Assembly: GCF_006345805.1 (NCBI RefSeq)
Contig: NW_021833619.1
Span: 1-57,941 of the forward strand
Reading direction: 5' to 3'
Source of the DNA: Octopus sinensis
Lineage: Eukaryota
Length of the DNA stretch: 57,941 bases
The position numbers and the translations under genes were made by a program. This document shows, in pieces, positions 25,701-39,864 of the stretch. Within the stretch, counting starts at the first letter, position 1. The number at the start of each line of letters is the position of its first letter. Below the pieces are notes generated by a model. The model ran no database searches and was not told the DNA's origin. It saw nothing but the letters and a program-made list of their open reading frames with translations.

Positions 25701-27708
25701 ATAATTTTGATATTTCATCACTTGAACAGAGAATTTGAGATCAGAAATCTTTAATATTGTTACGAAACCCGAAACTTTACAAATATTTTATCAGCATTTT
25801 ATAGATAGGATCTGCTATAGGAATTTGCGCCTAAAATGTATTGAAAAGACTGGAGGGTCATTGAGGTTGAGCATATTGACACGTCATAGCAAAAATGGTA
25901 TTCGAGGAAACAGATGTGACTCCAAAGATTGTGTACAGTTTCCGAGAAAAAGCAGATAAAGTGATACATGACGCCATCTCCACGTCATGGCTACGTCCAC
26001 GAACACTTCTGGCAACCGTTGACCGTTTAACGTCCGCTTTCTATGCTGGCATGGGTTGGACGGTTTGACTGAGGACTGGTGAGGCAGATGGCTACACCAG
26101 GCTCCAATCTGATCTGGCAGTGTTTCTACAGTTTTTCCTGTCAGTGAAACACTCGAATATTTGTTGCAACAAGTATTATTGTTAGATATTTCCCCAAACA
26201 AAGAAAAGGACAAAGGCAAAAAAATGATTATAGAAGCTCAAGTTATGATAAGAGTCAGTCATGTATGTATAAAAAATATATATATATATACACTTACATA
26301 GATACGTGTCTATATGTGTATGTGCGTGTATGTGTGTGAGCGTGTGTATGCATGTAATACATATTTACATATAACGTGCATGTGTGTGTATATGTGTGCA
26401 TGTGTGTATGTGGGGGTATATATACATGTGTGTATATGCATATACATGTGTGTGTGTTTGTGAATATATGAATGTATGTATGTATAGTGTAGGGGACTGG
26501 CCGTGTGCATACGCATCTAGGTGTATATTTTTCAGTGAGTTTGAATGAATCTATGCTGCTGTACATTGAAAAAGTGTTTTGGAATATGATCTTTGGATTC
26601 GTAATATTTGGGCGCATGGCCTGCTCAAAGTTTAGAATACATTTGCGTTCATCCATGTTCATATAGCTTTGGCTTCAATAAATACATTTCTTATTCTGGT
26701 TTTTCATCTCTTATATTCTCTCTCTTTCTCTCTCTCTTGTGGATGCACATGGCTTAGTGGTTATGGTGTTGGACTCATGATCGTAAGATGGTGGTGTCTG
26801 TTCCTGGACTGAGCAACTCGTTTTCTTAAGCAAAGCACTTCATTCCACGTTCGTCCATTTCACTCAGCTGGCAAAAATTAGCACTACTGTGACAGACCGG
26901 CTTCTCGTCCAGGTACGGAATTTATACGAATGAAATCTGGAAACGGGCCCTTATGACTTGGCATGTCTCCAGAAGGAAGAAGGTGTTTTTACTTCTGTTT
27001 TCCTCACACCCCCTTGGTTCCCAAACTTCATTCCTGTCTTTATCTCTTCTTTCTCTCTTAGTTGGAGTTATATATTTATTTCTTCATTCATTCAGTTCAC
27101 CTCAATTATTGTATATATTTTTTTATTTTGTTTATCCTCATTATGGCTGTGTCCAAATTAATTTCTCTTCTTTTTTCTTTCTTGTAATTCTTTGTTTCCT
27201 CCTTTTCTAGTTTCATCTTGAATATACTCTGTCTTCAATTTTACTACGTTTTTCTTTTTCTCTCTTTGTTTTTCTGCCTTTCTCTCTTCCCTCCCTCCTT
27301 TGCTCATCGAATTTTTTTTCTTTCCCGGCCAGTCCCTTTCCTTCTGTTTTCCTCTCAAAATGCTTATAAAATGCCATGCCATCTACTCAACTCTTGACAT
27401 TATTTCTCAGTAACTAAATTCAACAAAGAGTTCCTTGATTGGCCATTCCGGTTAAGCATCCAAATGCACTTGCGATACTCATTGTAGGGTTCCAAGCAAC
27501 AGTAAAGGTGAAACATACGTAGGAACTGATAACATAATCTTGTTTTGTAATCCATAACTAGTAATACTACTAAGTATAATAGTTAATTAACCACTATATT
27601 GGAAACAGTCTGGACCAGGTTAATCTAAGTGAAGCACTAAACATATAAGCAGGATTACATCTGTTTGTACACACAAGATAAAATGTATGTGCGAGTGTGA
27701 GTTGAGAG

Positions 27709-27745
<37 letters not shown>

Positions 27746-28377
27746 AAGAAATGGAGAGTGACGGTTTGGTGTAACACACATAGAGAAAGAGTAACATGTA
27801 TGCGTTCATATCTTTGTGCGAGTGTATCTAAGACACACTGTGAGAGCGTCTTTGCGTATAACCATGTGTTTGTGTGCGTGCGTGCGTGCTGAATTTTAAA
27901 AGAAACTTGCTAGTACAATGTGATTATACTTACGACTTTAGAAGATATATATTGACTAAAATACTGGTATTAGATACATCTCTCATGAAATATATCAATA
28001 TATAAAGACATTCATAGACATTCAATCTAGCGGAGGGTGTCGTAAAATATAATTAAGTTGTACGAATTTTGCACAGAGAAATATCATTAACTCTTTACTT
28101 ATATTGAGCTGTAACTGTCAATCTAGCTATTTCTTTCCCGTTCTCAGTCATACACTAACGCACGAAAACAAACACATGAAAACACTCAAACACACATCTG
28201 TGGTGTTGCGTATACTATTGCTTAAAGTGTTGCCCTCAGTATCATAAGATTCTCGTTTCGATTCCTGAGCCGGAAGCGAAACCAGGTGATGCAAAATATT
28301 TCATTTTAGATTGCTTTAGTTCACTTAACTTATAAAAATGAGTCGCCCTGCATATGCATACATGTGTGTATGTCTCT

Positions 28378-28958
28378 TTTATTTTTTAATTAGTATAAAT
28401 ATTCCTCTGAGAAGGGAGCTGGTTTCCAACAAAGATACAAGGTTCCATTTTTGGGATGTAGATAACAAACACAAATTCACGTTTGGAACTTGAAAAAAGT
28501 CTTGCATACTTTTACTGTTCCACTCACAGATTTCAATTCTAATGTCCGAATCAGCCGGTCAATTTCTGAATCTGAAAATCCCAGTTTATCCAGATTCTCC
28601 TTTAAGCGTTTACTAACAAAAGCTAGTTCTTCAATTATTATCGGTATGAATATGAATTCATAGTCTGGATAGAGAAGCTAGAGGTTTCCAAGCAGGTGTC
28701 CATAGATATCATGTTTGTCTTTGATTTTCAGAGACATATTTATATCTGTAGGGCAGCTGGCCTCTATTATGGTATATACCTTTTCCCTTCAGTCCCATGT
28801 AACAATATCCGGCCTGTTATGTTTATATTTGACAGAAGTTTTGATGGGAAAATTCCAACAATATTCGTTGAGTTGGTGTGTATGAATGTATTCCATAAGA
28901 GAGGGATTTTCTAAGTTTATTTCAGGAGAGTCTTTTTTGCAGATGTCATTGTAAATTG

Positions 28959-28960
<2 letters not shown>
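28378..28960 (-). mobile_element. 3' end of an RLE-type non-LTR retrotransposon (R4/NeSL-like), restriction-like endonuclease domain
   Basis: KHNRPDIVTWD*REKVYTIIEASCPTDINMSLKIKDKHDIY...FIPIII: PD-(D/E) RLE motif with in-frame stops. Confidence 0.85.
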
Positions 28961-28994
<34 letters not shown>

Positions 28995-29065
28995 TGTATG
29001 CATGCATGCAAGTATGTATATCATTGTTCAATTTTATTTCGAGATTTTTTGCTAATAGAGAAAGA

Positions 29066-29470
29066 GCCGGTTCTGAGTTCAAATTCCGCCGAGGTCGACT
29101 TTGCCATTCAGCCTTTCGGGGTTGATAAATTAGGTACCAGTCGCGTACTGGGGTCGATCTAATAGACTCGCCCAGTCCCCCTCCCCCAGAATTTCGGGCC
29201 TAGTGCCTGGAGTAAAAAATAATATATTTATTTATTCAGGGCGCCGAGCCTTAAAAATCGTTAGCGCGCCGGGCGAAATGCTTAGGGTGGTAGTTCGTCT
29301 GTCGCTGCTTTCTGAGTTCAAATTCCGCCGAGATTGACTTTGTCTTTCATCCTGTCGGGGTCCATTAAATAAGTACGAGTTACGCACTGAGGTCAATGTA
29401 ATCGACTTAATCCCTTTGTCTTGTCTTTGTTCGATCCCTCTATGTTTAGCCCCCGGTGGGGGATAAAGAA
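29066..29470 (+). mobile_element. Two S1-family SINEs (partial and full)
   Basis: Shared central domain with different tails. Confidence 0.85.
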
Positions 29471-29593
29471 ATAAATATAATTGGCGATATATTGAAGTTG
29501 CATAATGACTCAGTGTCCCGATCAGCATTATAAAATATTATCGCATTCGAATCTTATTATATATCTTTAAAATTGACAGTAACTGTTGTCAGC

Positions 29594-29665
29594 GTGCCGT
29601 TTAGTTCAATGCTAGAGAACTCATCCGGTATCTGAGGAATACGGATTCGACTCCCGTACCCGTCT
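29594..29665 (+). pseudogene. Degenerate tRNA-like sequence (tRNA pseudogene or isolated SINE head)
   Basis: A-box-like tagttcaatgctaga and B-box-like ggattcgactccc at tRNA spacing; acceptor stem poor. Confidence 0.4.
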
Positions 29666-30231
29666 ACTAGGAACTCTTTTTTCAGTCTTATAACGGTGAA
29701 ATAAACAATATTTTTACTGCTTTCACATCTATACCGAGTTCGAAATTCAATTTCTTGCCTGTATATATATAGGGGAAATATAAATTCCTTCGGGAAGAGC
29801 CCTAGCTTTTCAGCTGGTCCCATTTAAAGCAAGCACAGCAACAGCTAGCAGATGAGTAAGCAGAGGTATTTTTCAAGTTTTGTGCTCTTAACTATGGAAT
29901 TTTATTTACCAACCTCCCTTCCTACCCTCAAGTTACCAAAACACACACACACCCTAGCATACACACACTCACATAGACAGACAAAAAAAACTGAGCGAGG
30001 GAGAGAGAGTGATAAGTGTCCGTCGGTAAAATGTGTCTGGAATTCGAGCCCGCTGGATTGTCATAAAACGGCATGAAGTAAATCTAACTATTCGCTCGGA
30101 ACCATGTGATTATTATTTTATAAGAAGCAGGTGTTCAATTAGCGCTGTTAGACGAGATGTTCTTCAATGGAACTTTAGAGCGGTAGCAGTTGTGATATGT
30201 GTCGTTGAAGTGTTATAATAATATTATAATG

Positions 30232-30812
30232 TAATTATTGTATACAGTGCTCAGGTGCACCACAACTTGTCAAAAGTGCGTATAAAGTATATGCAGTAAA
30301 GTACAAATGTCTGGCAAGTGAACAGTGTATGAGTCAGATACATGCTTGCGTGTGTATGGAGGGGAGGAAATCAGGTGTAGTGTTGGCGAATCTCAGGAAT
30401 CATGGAAGTTTTGAAGGATGCAGTGCTCCGACAACTAACAACCAATGCCGGGAGAATGTTCCATACTTCAGCAACTCTTGGCGTGAAAAAATGTTTCCGA
30501 AAGTCATGGGAGTTGTGCTGTTTTCTGACTTTGTCCACGGGTGTTAGACAGGTGGAGTTTGAAAAGGTGCTCAGAGTTATTCTTTGTAAGATGGTTAATA
30601 ATTTTATGGGTGTCTGTCAAGTCAGCTGCCAGACGACGGAGTTTCACTGTGTCCATATCCAGGGAAGTAAGGCGTTCAGAATATGGCAACTTCCTGATGG
30701 AGGGTATTCTCTTGGTTGCACGTCGCTGAACGGTTTCCAGACGATTAATATCCTGGGCAAGATAGGGGTTCCAGACCGGTGATGCAAATTTCAGGTGAGG
30801 CTGCGTGTACGA
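30232..30812 (-). mobile_element. CR1-clade LINE 3' fragment (RT C-terminus and UTR)
   Basis: PHLKFASPVWNPYLAQDINRLETVQRRATKRIP...RRLAADL...FFTPRVAEVWNILP. Confidence 0.9.
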
Positions 30813-31321
30813 TTTTATAATGATCAAACTACGCTTAATTCCCCTATTACGTTTCGTGACCCGCAATAATCTTATCTGTAACAAATAATAATTGGCGAGG
30901 CCAAAGATGTGCCATGATATATACGAGTAGTTATATGTACTGCTAGTTAGGCGGTTTGGAAGCTGTGGACAAGGATGGATTGCGTTTGTGTATAGGAGCG
31001 AATATAAAACGTTGAACAGCATTGATTGGGTCTTCCTCTCGCATACCCTGTTACGGTGTAATTAGAGTCTTCTTTTACTCTCCATTTATTGAAGGCTAGC
31101 ACCCATTCCTTCGGGAACTTTTCCCGGACCGCTTGTTTACGTGGACGTTAACAAACCAACACAGTTTGTCAAGCGGTGAGATGTACCATGACACACACAC
31201 ACACATATATATATATATATGAATTTATATATGGTCGAGACTTCAAAGTCATCTAACACTGCGCTTCGTGTAAAAATGTGTATTAAATACGTACAGTGGA
31301 AAAAGAATTTAATTTTCCAAT

Positions 31322-31464
31322 TAAACGGCAATGCACATTCTTATCCCTATTTCATTTGCCAACCTTATAAAGAGGGTAGATATGTAGACCTCTCTGTCTA
31401 TATATCTACCCTCTTTATAATGTTGGCAAATGAAATAGGGATAAGAATGTGCATTGTCCGTTTA
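31322..31464. repeat. Near-perfect ~68-bp-arm hairpin with 6-nt loop
   Basis: caatgcacattc...tagac-ctctct-gtcta...gaatgtgcattg. Confidence 0.9.
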
Positions 31465-31485
31465 TTTGAATATATATACATATAC

Positions 31486-31525
<40 letters not shown>

Positions 31526-32190
31526 ATATAGGAGGGGCTTTCTACGGTTTCCTTCTGCCTGCCAAATTCCCTCATAAGGCATTGAGTGATCCGAGCTCTA
31601 TAGTTGAAGACATTTAACCAGTGTACCTTGCGGTTAGGCTGGAATTTAAGTTGCGTAGTTACAAAGTGTGGGTTTTTTTTTTATTGTTCTTAATTATACA
31701 CGTATGTTTGTGCTTATAGCAAAAACATTCAGAAACCTTCTAAAGTACTTCCATAACCAATGTCACTTCGAAAACTTTCCTAAACTGCAGAAGTCAGCAA
31801 ATTTAAATGTGTTAAAAAATGGATAGAAATCGGGATTAATGGCGACAATCGTGGATTTGCTGTTGATACCAAATCAACATAATCACTGCTGCTAGACACT
31901 CCTAAACTTAATAAATTCTTGAACTTGTTATATGGAATCTTTGCCAAAACAGCCCATCCTTTGCGTAAGTGAAAAGATCAATATATTCAACGTGTTTGTC
32001 AGAATCTTCTAAAAGCTGCTTTGATTTGAGCTCAATAATGTGATAAATGACTTGCAGAAGGATACAACATCGCCATTATTATGTGATAAATTTAATGTTT
32101 GCATTCACTAAAAGTACAATTCCAGCTGTTCAAACGCACCACTAGTCAACATATTTGGACAGATATATTCCAAATAGCCACGTTGATTTG

Positions 32191-32326
32191 TACATACATA
32201 CATACATACATACATACATACATACATACATACATACATACATACTTACATACTTGCATACATACATACATACATATATACATACATACATACATACATA
32301 CATACTTACATACTTGCATACATACA

Positions 32327-32360
<34 letters not shown>

Positions 32361-32388
32361 CATACATACATACATACATACATACATA
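32191..32388. repeat. (TACA)n with a 60-bp higher-order duplication
   Basis: Variant block catacttacatacttgcata at 32241 and 32301. Confidence 0.85.
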
Positions 32389-33869
32389 CGTAGGTACATG
32401 CGTACATATTTACATACATAGATCCAGACATACATACATATATATTTGTGTATGTATATGTTCTGGTTTTAATTTCACACCAAATCAAATATAGTTGCAT
32501 TGAAATTTCAAATAGTTAATCACGTATTTATATATACATATATATGTTAGTATGTATGTATGTATACATATATTCCAGTTTATTCTTAATGCTACAGCTA
32601 ACACGCTATCGACAACTAAACCGGCAATCAGCAAACGTGTATGATCAGGAGGATGGCTTTGATTCAACACCCTGAAAAAAGAATAACAAAACATGTCACG
32701 GAACGAATGAACGCAATAAAATCAATTTCCGTCTAAAAGATGGAAGTCAGAGAACCTCTAGTCTTTGTTCAGCATCTGTCTTGGAGAAGAAATCCCATGA
32801 TGTAACATCTACGATTCTGCATCCAATGATGTAGACTTGTTCTTCCCTTGGGCAAATGTGAAGCTTTTTTAAGGGGTGACATAGGTTCTCTAGAAAACAT
32901 TTCTTCGTTTTAAGAAATCTTCAGCCGTTGATCCTTGATTTGTAATATTTTTATGTCCAGAAAGAACAACATACTAAAACAACTAAATGAAATGCTTGTA
33001 TCATGATAATTACATATATTAGCTTGACACAGCAGTGTTCAGGTTTATTCATTTTCAATGCAGATTGATATAGACACATGCATTCGTAATATTTAGCATC
33101 AATATAACTTTAGCGTGCAGTTTACTCGACGCCTTCATTGATAGTTGGATTTGAATAACTAGAAATAACTACATGTGCATGAAATTGCTTAGGACATTTT
33201 TGGTACAACTTCAAGATTTTAAGAGATAAAAAAATATTTTTAGCAAGAGAATGATTCACGATTCTGACATTTATTTTGGTCATCTTCGTTTTCTGTTAAA
33301 CTAGTGACATGTTGTAAAAATTATATAATGAATATGAGGCTTTTACAGAAATTCCATGCTCGCGTCTGATGAGTATAAACGAAAGTCAATACTTAGGATT
33401 TCGCCTTAAAGCGAATTAGCGTAATATATTTATACATAGAAAATATGCCTAAATTATCGACTATACAACATTAAACGTAATATAATAATAATGGCATTAT
33501 AAACAAGCATGCATACATACATGCATAAATATAAGATATACACATAAGCACGAACACACACACATGTATGTATGTGTATGTCTGTATTTATTGGTTGCAT
33601 ACCCGTATCTTTCTAGATGTTATAGTCAAGCCTTGTTTTTGCAAATTATAACGATTAAAATTATTATGTAAATCTGAGCTTCCTGAAACAGCTGTCGATT
33701 TAGGAATTTATATAGTTTCTTACTAGTATTGCGGTTTCTAATGCTGACTTTAAATATATTTTTATGTGACTGTATGTATATGCGTGTGTGCGCACGCGTG
33801 AGTGAGCGTTTGTGAGTGTGAAGCCAAAATGTGTTCGCCTGCATTAATACCAACTTATATATATATATT

Positions 33870-34095
33870 AATAAATTTTAGGGTAGCAAAAAATTCTGCG
33901 CTACCAGCAGTCAAGTGAGAAAGTAAAAATAGTCAATAGACTATGTAATATACATTCAAACATATAAGGGATGGCCATAATAGGACATCCGACTCACTAG
34001 AAAGAACAGTTAAACTCCAACTATTAGTGGTTTGGAGTTTAACTGCTCTTTCTAGTGAGTCGGATGTCCTATTATGACCATCCCTTATATGTTTG
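33870..34095. repeat. (TA)n-flanked element with inverted repeat (arms 33957-34020 and 34032-34095), homologous to the 3' domain of the 3-kb unit
   Basis: Aligns by eye with 2960-3110 (taggg...ccagc...ggccataatagg...cactagaaa..acag). Confidence 0.8.
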
Positions 34096-34127
<32 letters not shown>

Positions 34128-34148
34128 TATATATATATATACATGCAC

Positions 34149-34214
<66 letters not shown>

Positions 34215-34220
34215 GTGTGT

Positions 34221-34258
<38 letters not shown>

Positions 34259-34605
34259 TGTGTGTAAATTCAGTTGCAATAGGTAGTTAAATTGAGGCAC
34301 CTTGCTAGGTCGGTTTAATCGGCACACGCAAAAAGATATTAATTGAATATTGAATATCGAGTCTCCATCCAGGGTGTTTCTACCTCACATTCCTGCCGTG
34401 TATGCAGACAACGCAACCCAGCTAAATGAAGATATCCACTTTGGGTAATTCATACATGTACTTTTATAAAGGTACTCTCTATAGATACACGGTTATATAT
34501 ATGTTTGAAGGCTATGCAGTCATCTGATGAGAACGGTTTCTTTGAAATTGATGTAATGTTTCCATTAATCCATTAAAAGAGTCACTTGAAACGGTCGTAA
34601 TGAAT

Positions 34606-34994
34606 AGTGGCTGATTGGTAAGTAGCTTGCTTACCAACCACATGGTTCCGGGTTCAGCCCCACTGCGTGGCACCTTGGGCAAGTGTCTTCTATTATAGCC
34701 TCGCGCCGACCAAAGACTTGTGAGTGGATTTGGTAGACGGAAACTGAAAGAAGCCCGTCGTATAAATGTATATGTATATATATTTGTGTGCTTGTATGCC
34801 TGTATTTGTCCCCGCAAATTGCTTGAGAACCGATGCTGGTGTGTTTACGTCCCTGTGACTTAGCGGTTCAGCAAAAGAGACCGACAGAATAAGTACTAGG
34901 CTTATAAAAATAAGTCCTGGAGTCGATTTGCTTGATCGATTAAAGGCGGTGCTCCAGCATGGCCATAGTCAAATGACTGAAACATGCAAAAGAG
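34606..34994 (+). mobile_element. S2 SINE (tRNA head and CORE-like domain), full length
   Basis: A-box tggctgattggtaag, B-box ggttcagccc, then accttgggcaagtgtctt. Confidence 0.85.
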
Positions 34995-35022
34995 TATATA
35001 TATCGATGCATATATATATATG

Positions 35023-35055
<33 letters not shown>

Positions 35056-35161
35056 GCGTGTGTTTGTATGCACCAGCATGACCGCAGCCGCATAGATGTA
35101 AGGAGTAAAAGAAAAGAATAATATGTATATATATTTATATGTGTGTGTGTACATACATAGA

Positions 35162-35218
<57 letters not shown>

Positions 35219-35924
35219 GGTGGAATAATTTCGCTTTCTTAGTTTCGCAATATTGAATTAAGATTGATGTTTTATTTTTCAGTGTCTACGTCACTGAAAC
35301 CGGCAAGAGGGGATGTAATTTTCTCTTAATTTCCTAAAAACTAACACACACACACAGCTTGCAGTCATTCGCAAAAGATTACGACATTGATTGCAGTCTA
35401 GCAAATGTGACGATTATGAAGTATAAAACTGCAGTCTTCTAGTCAATAATATCAATGTGTTTATACTGCAACAGAATAGAAATGCAATGGGATTCAAGTG
35501 TTTCTGGTTCAATGATTGACCATTTTCTGCGTACCGTTCGTCAAATTTACCTACACCTCCTAAGAGAGGAGGTCTAGGTACACACACGTGAACACACTAA
35601 CGCATAGACACACATACAGGCATTTAGCATCATCAATATCTCAGATTACAGACACCTTTGCAAAAACATCACTGGAAGAGCTCTGCCCTTCAGTATTTTA
35701 ACCATGTTCAGAACAAATTTGCTTCACTGTAGCTATCTGGCTACAAGCTACTGTGACTGATTTTTGTGATGGTTATTTCAGAGGGTATACAGCTGTTTAA
35801 AGCAATAATTTTGAAGTAGATTAAATGATCTCTCATTACTAAGGTTTTATTATCATGTATTAATAACTGTCAGTTTCATTTGTGGATCTGCACGATCTCA
35901 TAAAATCGGTAATTATGGTTCTTA

Positions 35925-36648
35925 GATGTTCGTGCAAAGCCAGCAATTCGGGAAGAAGTTAAGTCCATTGCATAGATCCCAGTGTTTAACGGGTGCTTAT
36001 TTCGTCGACCTCAAAAAAGATGAACGGCAAAGTTGATCTGGGTGGGATTTGATCTCAGAACATGAATTCGGACGAGATGCCGCTAAGCGCTTTGTGTTAA
36101 CGACTGAGCCAGCTCCCCGCCTTAGAATCGGTAGCTACTGTTCTTTTGTTACTAAGCACACTGGTATGAATTTGAACCAATAACAGTAATTTCCAGTAAA
36201 GTAGAACAAATTTGATGGCATGAAGTCACATTAAAAAAGGATTAAAATATTCTTTTCTACTCCAGCCACAAGGCCCCATATTTCTAGGAAGGGGGGCAAT
36301 CGATTAGATCAGCTCCAGTATGTAACTGGTACTTAATTTATCGACCTCGAAAGGATGAAAGGCAAAGTCGACATCGGCGGAATTTGAACTCAGAACGTAA
36401 AAACAAACGAAATTCCTATTTCTTTACTACCCACAAGGGGCTAAACACAGGGAGGATAAACAAGGACAGACAAACGGATTAAGTCGATTATATCGACCCC
36501 AGTGCGTGGCTGGTACTTATTTAATCGACCCGGAAAGGATGAAAGGCAAAGTCGACCTCGGCGGAATTTGAACTCAGAACGTAGCGGCAGACGAAATACC
36601 GCTAAGCATTTCGCCCGGCGTGCTAACGATTTTGCCAGCTCACCGTCT
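35925..36648 (-). mobile_element. Cluster of S1 SINEs (one old copy and a partial dimer)
   Basis: Homology to the other S1 copies. Confidence 0.85.
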
Positions 36649-36856
36649 TAAAAAAAAGGATTAAAATTTGTTTGTTGGGGTTGAGCGTAAGTTAGACATT
36701 AAATATTTGAGGATGAATATCAAATTTTAATGATTCCTATCTTAGAAATTGAAACCTGATGCTTTTGCAAAGGTCCAAAGTTACGGGGAAGTAAACAAAC
36801 CAGTAACGGTTGTCAAACGGTGGTAGGGGCCAAACACAGACACATAGACACACAGG

Positions 36857-36988
<132 letters not shown>

Positions 36989-38112
36989 TATATACACATG
37001 AAGAGGTTCTTTCAGTTTATGTCTACCAAATGTAATCACAATGCCCGAGGCTATATTATAAAAATAGAAAACATACAGCCCTGACACGGGGCTATATTAG
37101 AAGACACTTATTTAAAGTGCCATAAAGTAAGACTGGCCCTAGCATCATATGGGTGGTCAACAAACATCATACCTACTATTAAGGCTGGCGCCTTAAATGT
37201 AAAGAATAAATTTGTAACAAAATTAAATTTTCATTAAGATTAAAAACACTTAATTTTTTTTTTTTTTTTGTGCAGACGGGGTTACTAACACGTATGGCTC
37301 TTAGAAATATACCATAATGCTTTCTCTACTTCAACCTACTTTGATCACTTGCCAAGGCTCTCGAGAAGTAGAAACAAAATTAGGAATTTTCGAGGCCAAT
37401 AAAATTTGTATAATTACAACACAAAATTAACGAATGAAAACAAGGGAATTAGGTCAATGGCAGGAATTTCGAGACAACACGTATTTAGTAATGTACTTAA
37501 TAACGTTCGTAAAACGCTTAATAATTCAAAAGTTTTCGCTTCTTTTGTTTTGGGGTGGTGGGGAGAAATTCTAGTGGTAACTAATACCAAGATTTGCAAA
37601 AAATGAAGAAAAAATATGAGGAAGAAAGTATTCAGAAATTAAGAATTAATTTCACAGATAATTAGATTTTCATGAAAAATATGATACATATGTGTGTGTG
37701 TGTGTGTGAGCGTATGTATGTACATATCTTTGTGTGTGTATGTGAGTGTGTGAGTGTCTGTATGTGTGTGTAGGCAGCTGGGTTTGCGTGGAGGGTGAGT
37801 CGACGCACGCATGTCCCTGAGATTTAAGTATTTACTTCAGAACTTGATGGTTCCCGGTTCGAGCACAATAAGTGACAAAAGGGATGTGTCTGGTTTAAAT
37901 TCTCCAGTAATTCCTTCGAGGAATTTAATGGAAATCTATATATCTATATATAAAGAGCAAACATGCATACATACAAATCCACCCGTCTATCCATCCATAT
38001 ACACATTATGCATGCATGCATCATACGTGCATGCTACACGCAAACATATATATCAATATATGTTTATATACATCCATCCATCCATTCATCCATCCATCCA
38101 TCCATCCATACA

Positions 38113-38148
<36 letters not shown>

Positions 38149-38368
38149 TAGAATATATGTTATTTTACTTTTTTATATGCTTAAATCATTCAACTGTGTC
38201 CATACTGGAGTATTGCTTTAAACAGTTATAGTCGGACAAATCGATGCCAGACCCTATTCTTTGTAAGCCCAGTACTTATTCTATCCGCTATGTTTCAGGG
38301 ACGTAAACACACCAACGCCGGTGTGATGCAATGATGGTGTCACAAACACAAACACACAAATACATATG

Positions 38369-38430
<62 letters not shown>

Positions 38431-39490
38431 CAAGCTTTGGAAACGTCCAATGTGTTCGATATTTTGAAGTCAAGGAAATAAACATCGAACGCAGTAAACC
38501 TCTAAGAACAGAAATGGAAGATTGAGTATTTACCCTTATGAAGCAGAAAAAAGTTTGACAGAAGCGTCTACGGGACCTGAACACGAACTCCTCGGAAACC
38601 AACCGCCTTATGGCACTTGTTTTCCCGTCTTATAATGTTACTAGTTAATATAAAGTCCTTCGCCCGTTAAGAAAAAAAAACAGCCTGCTGGGTGTTAACA
38701 ACTGTGTAGAAGACGAATATGACAAAAACAAATTTGCGCAAACGTATCTGGGTGGGAGGAGGAGAGGAAAATTCACAACATCCGATTTTCCCGTCATAAC
38801 TTTCGGGAAAATGGATATATATTAATTGTTTTTTTTACGAACCAAGTTTTTGGTTATGGAGTATCCGATTCTGAAAATAAAAATTCAAAAATCGCATTTT
38901 CAAAATTTCAACTCTCCGACCTTGGCCTTCAAGCAGGCTATCCTCATTCTAGAAATAACAGCCAAATCTGAAAAACACTGCGATAACATAATGAAAGAAA
39001 TATGTTATCAATCTACTCACCTTTCTGCAAAGATTTCTTCCAGAGTAATTTCCCGCAGTAGTATGACAAAGTAATTCAGGTGAAATTAATTTTTTTCTTT
39101 AAACATTTTCCAATTTTTATATTTTTTCAATCAATCTACGTGTGAAAATACGGAGATTAAGAATATACAAAAATAGACACAAATTCAAATTTTAATTTCA
39201 AATCTTTTATTAAAAACTCCGACCCGAAATTACCCCCCACCTCCCCGCCATTCCGATGTCTGAAAGTGAAGATGAATAGTTGTTTTGTCTGTTTCTGCAT
39301 GCGTTATTGTGAAACAGTAAACGGATCATGGCAACGCTCGGTCACTTTAAAAAAAAACAGTCTAATAGGTGTTCATTATGTTATCACACTTTTGTGAGAT
39401 TCTAGCATATAGAGAGCCTTGTTCCACGTCCTCACGTTGTTTTTACTTGCTTGTTCTTCTTTGGATTATTATTATTATTATCATATATAT

Positions 39491-39528
<38 letters not shown>

Positions 39529-39574
39529 TATATGTATATATATACATACATATATATATATATGTATGTATGTT

Positions 39575-39730
39575 GACCTCGTGAAGACCACTTGCATTTT
39601 TTCCCTCTGTCCTCCCACCTCGGGATCTTTCTTTCTCCTATGTTTCCTTCTTCCCTTTTTCCTGAGCGCCCAATAATACTTTATTTGTTCCACATCCTCG
39701 TGTTGTCTTTTTGTTTTCTTGTTTGGATTA

Positions 39731-39735
<5 letters not shown>
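39575..39735 (+). mobile_element. pLTR-like fragment related to family B, without an HHR core
   Basis: Shares the ttcctgagcg...aatac...ttgt 3' portion and ends at (TA)n; partial second copy at 39418-39467. Confidence 0.45.
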
Positions 39736-39804
<69 letters not shown>

Positions 39805-39808
39805 TATA

Positions 39809-39864
<56 letters not shown>

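Noticed and set aside
33366-33390. CTGATGA-gt ataa ac-GAAA-g-TC minimal HHR-like core
   Set aside because: No stem I pairing and stem III incomplete; may be chance or heavily decayed.
38553-38599. Minus-strand gttt-CCGAGGA...TC-aaac
   Set aside because: GAAA absent and stems II and III unconvincing.
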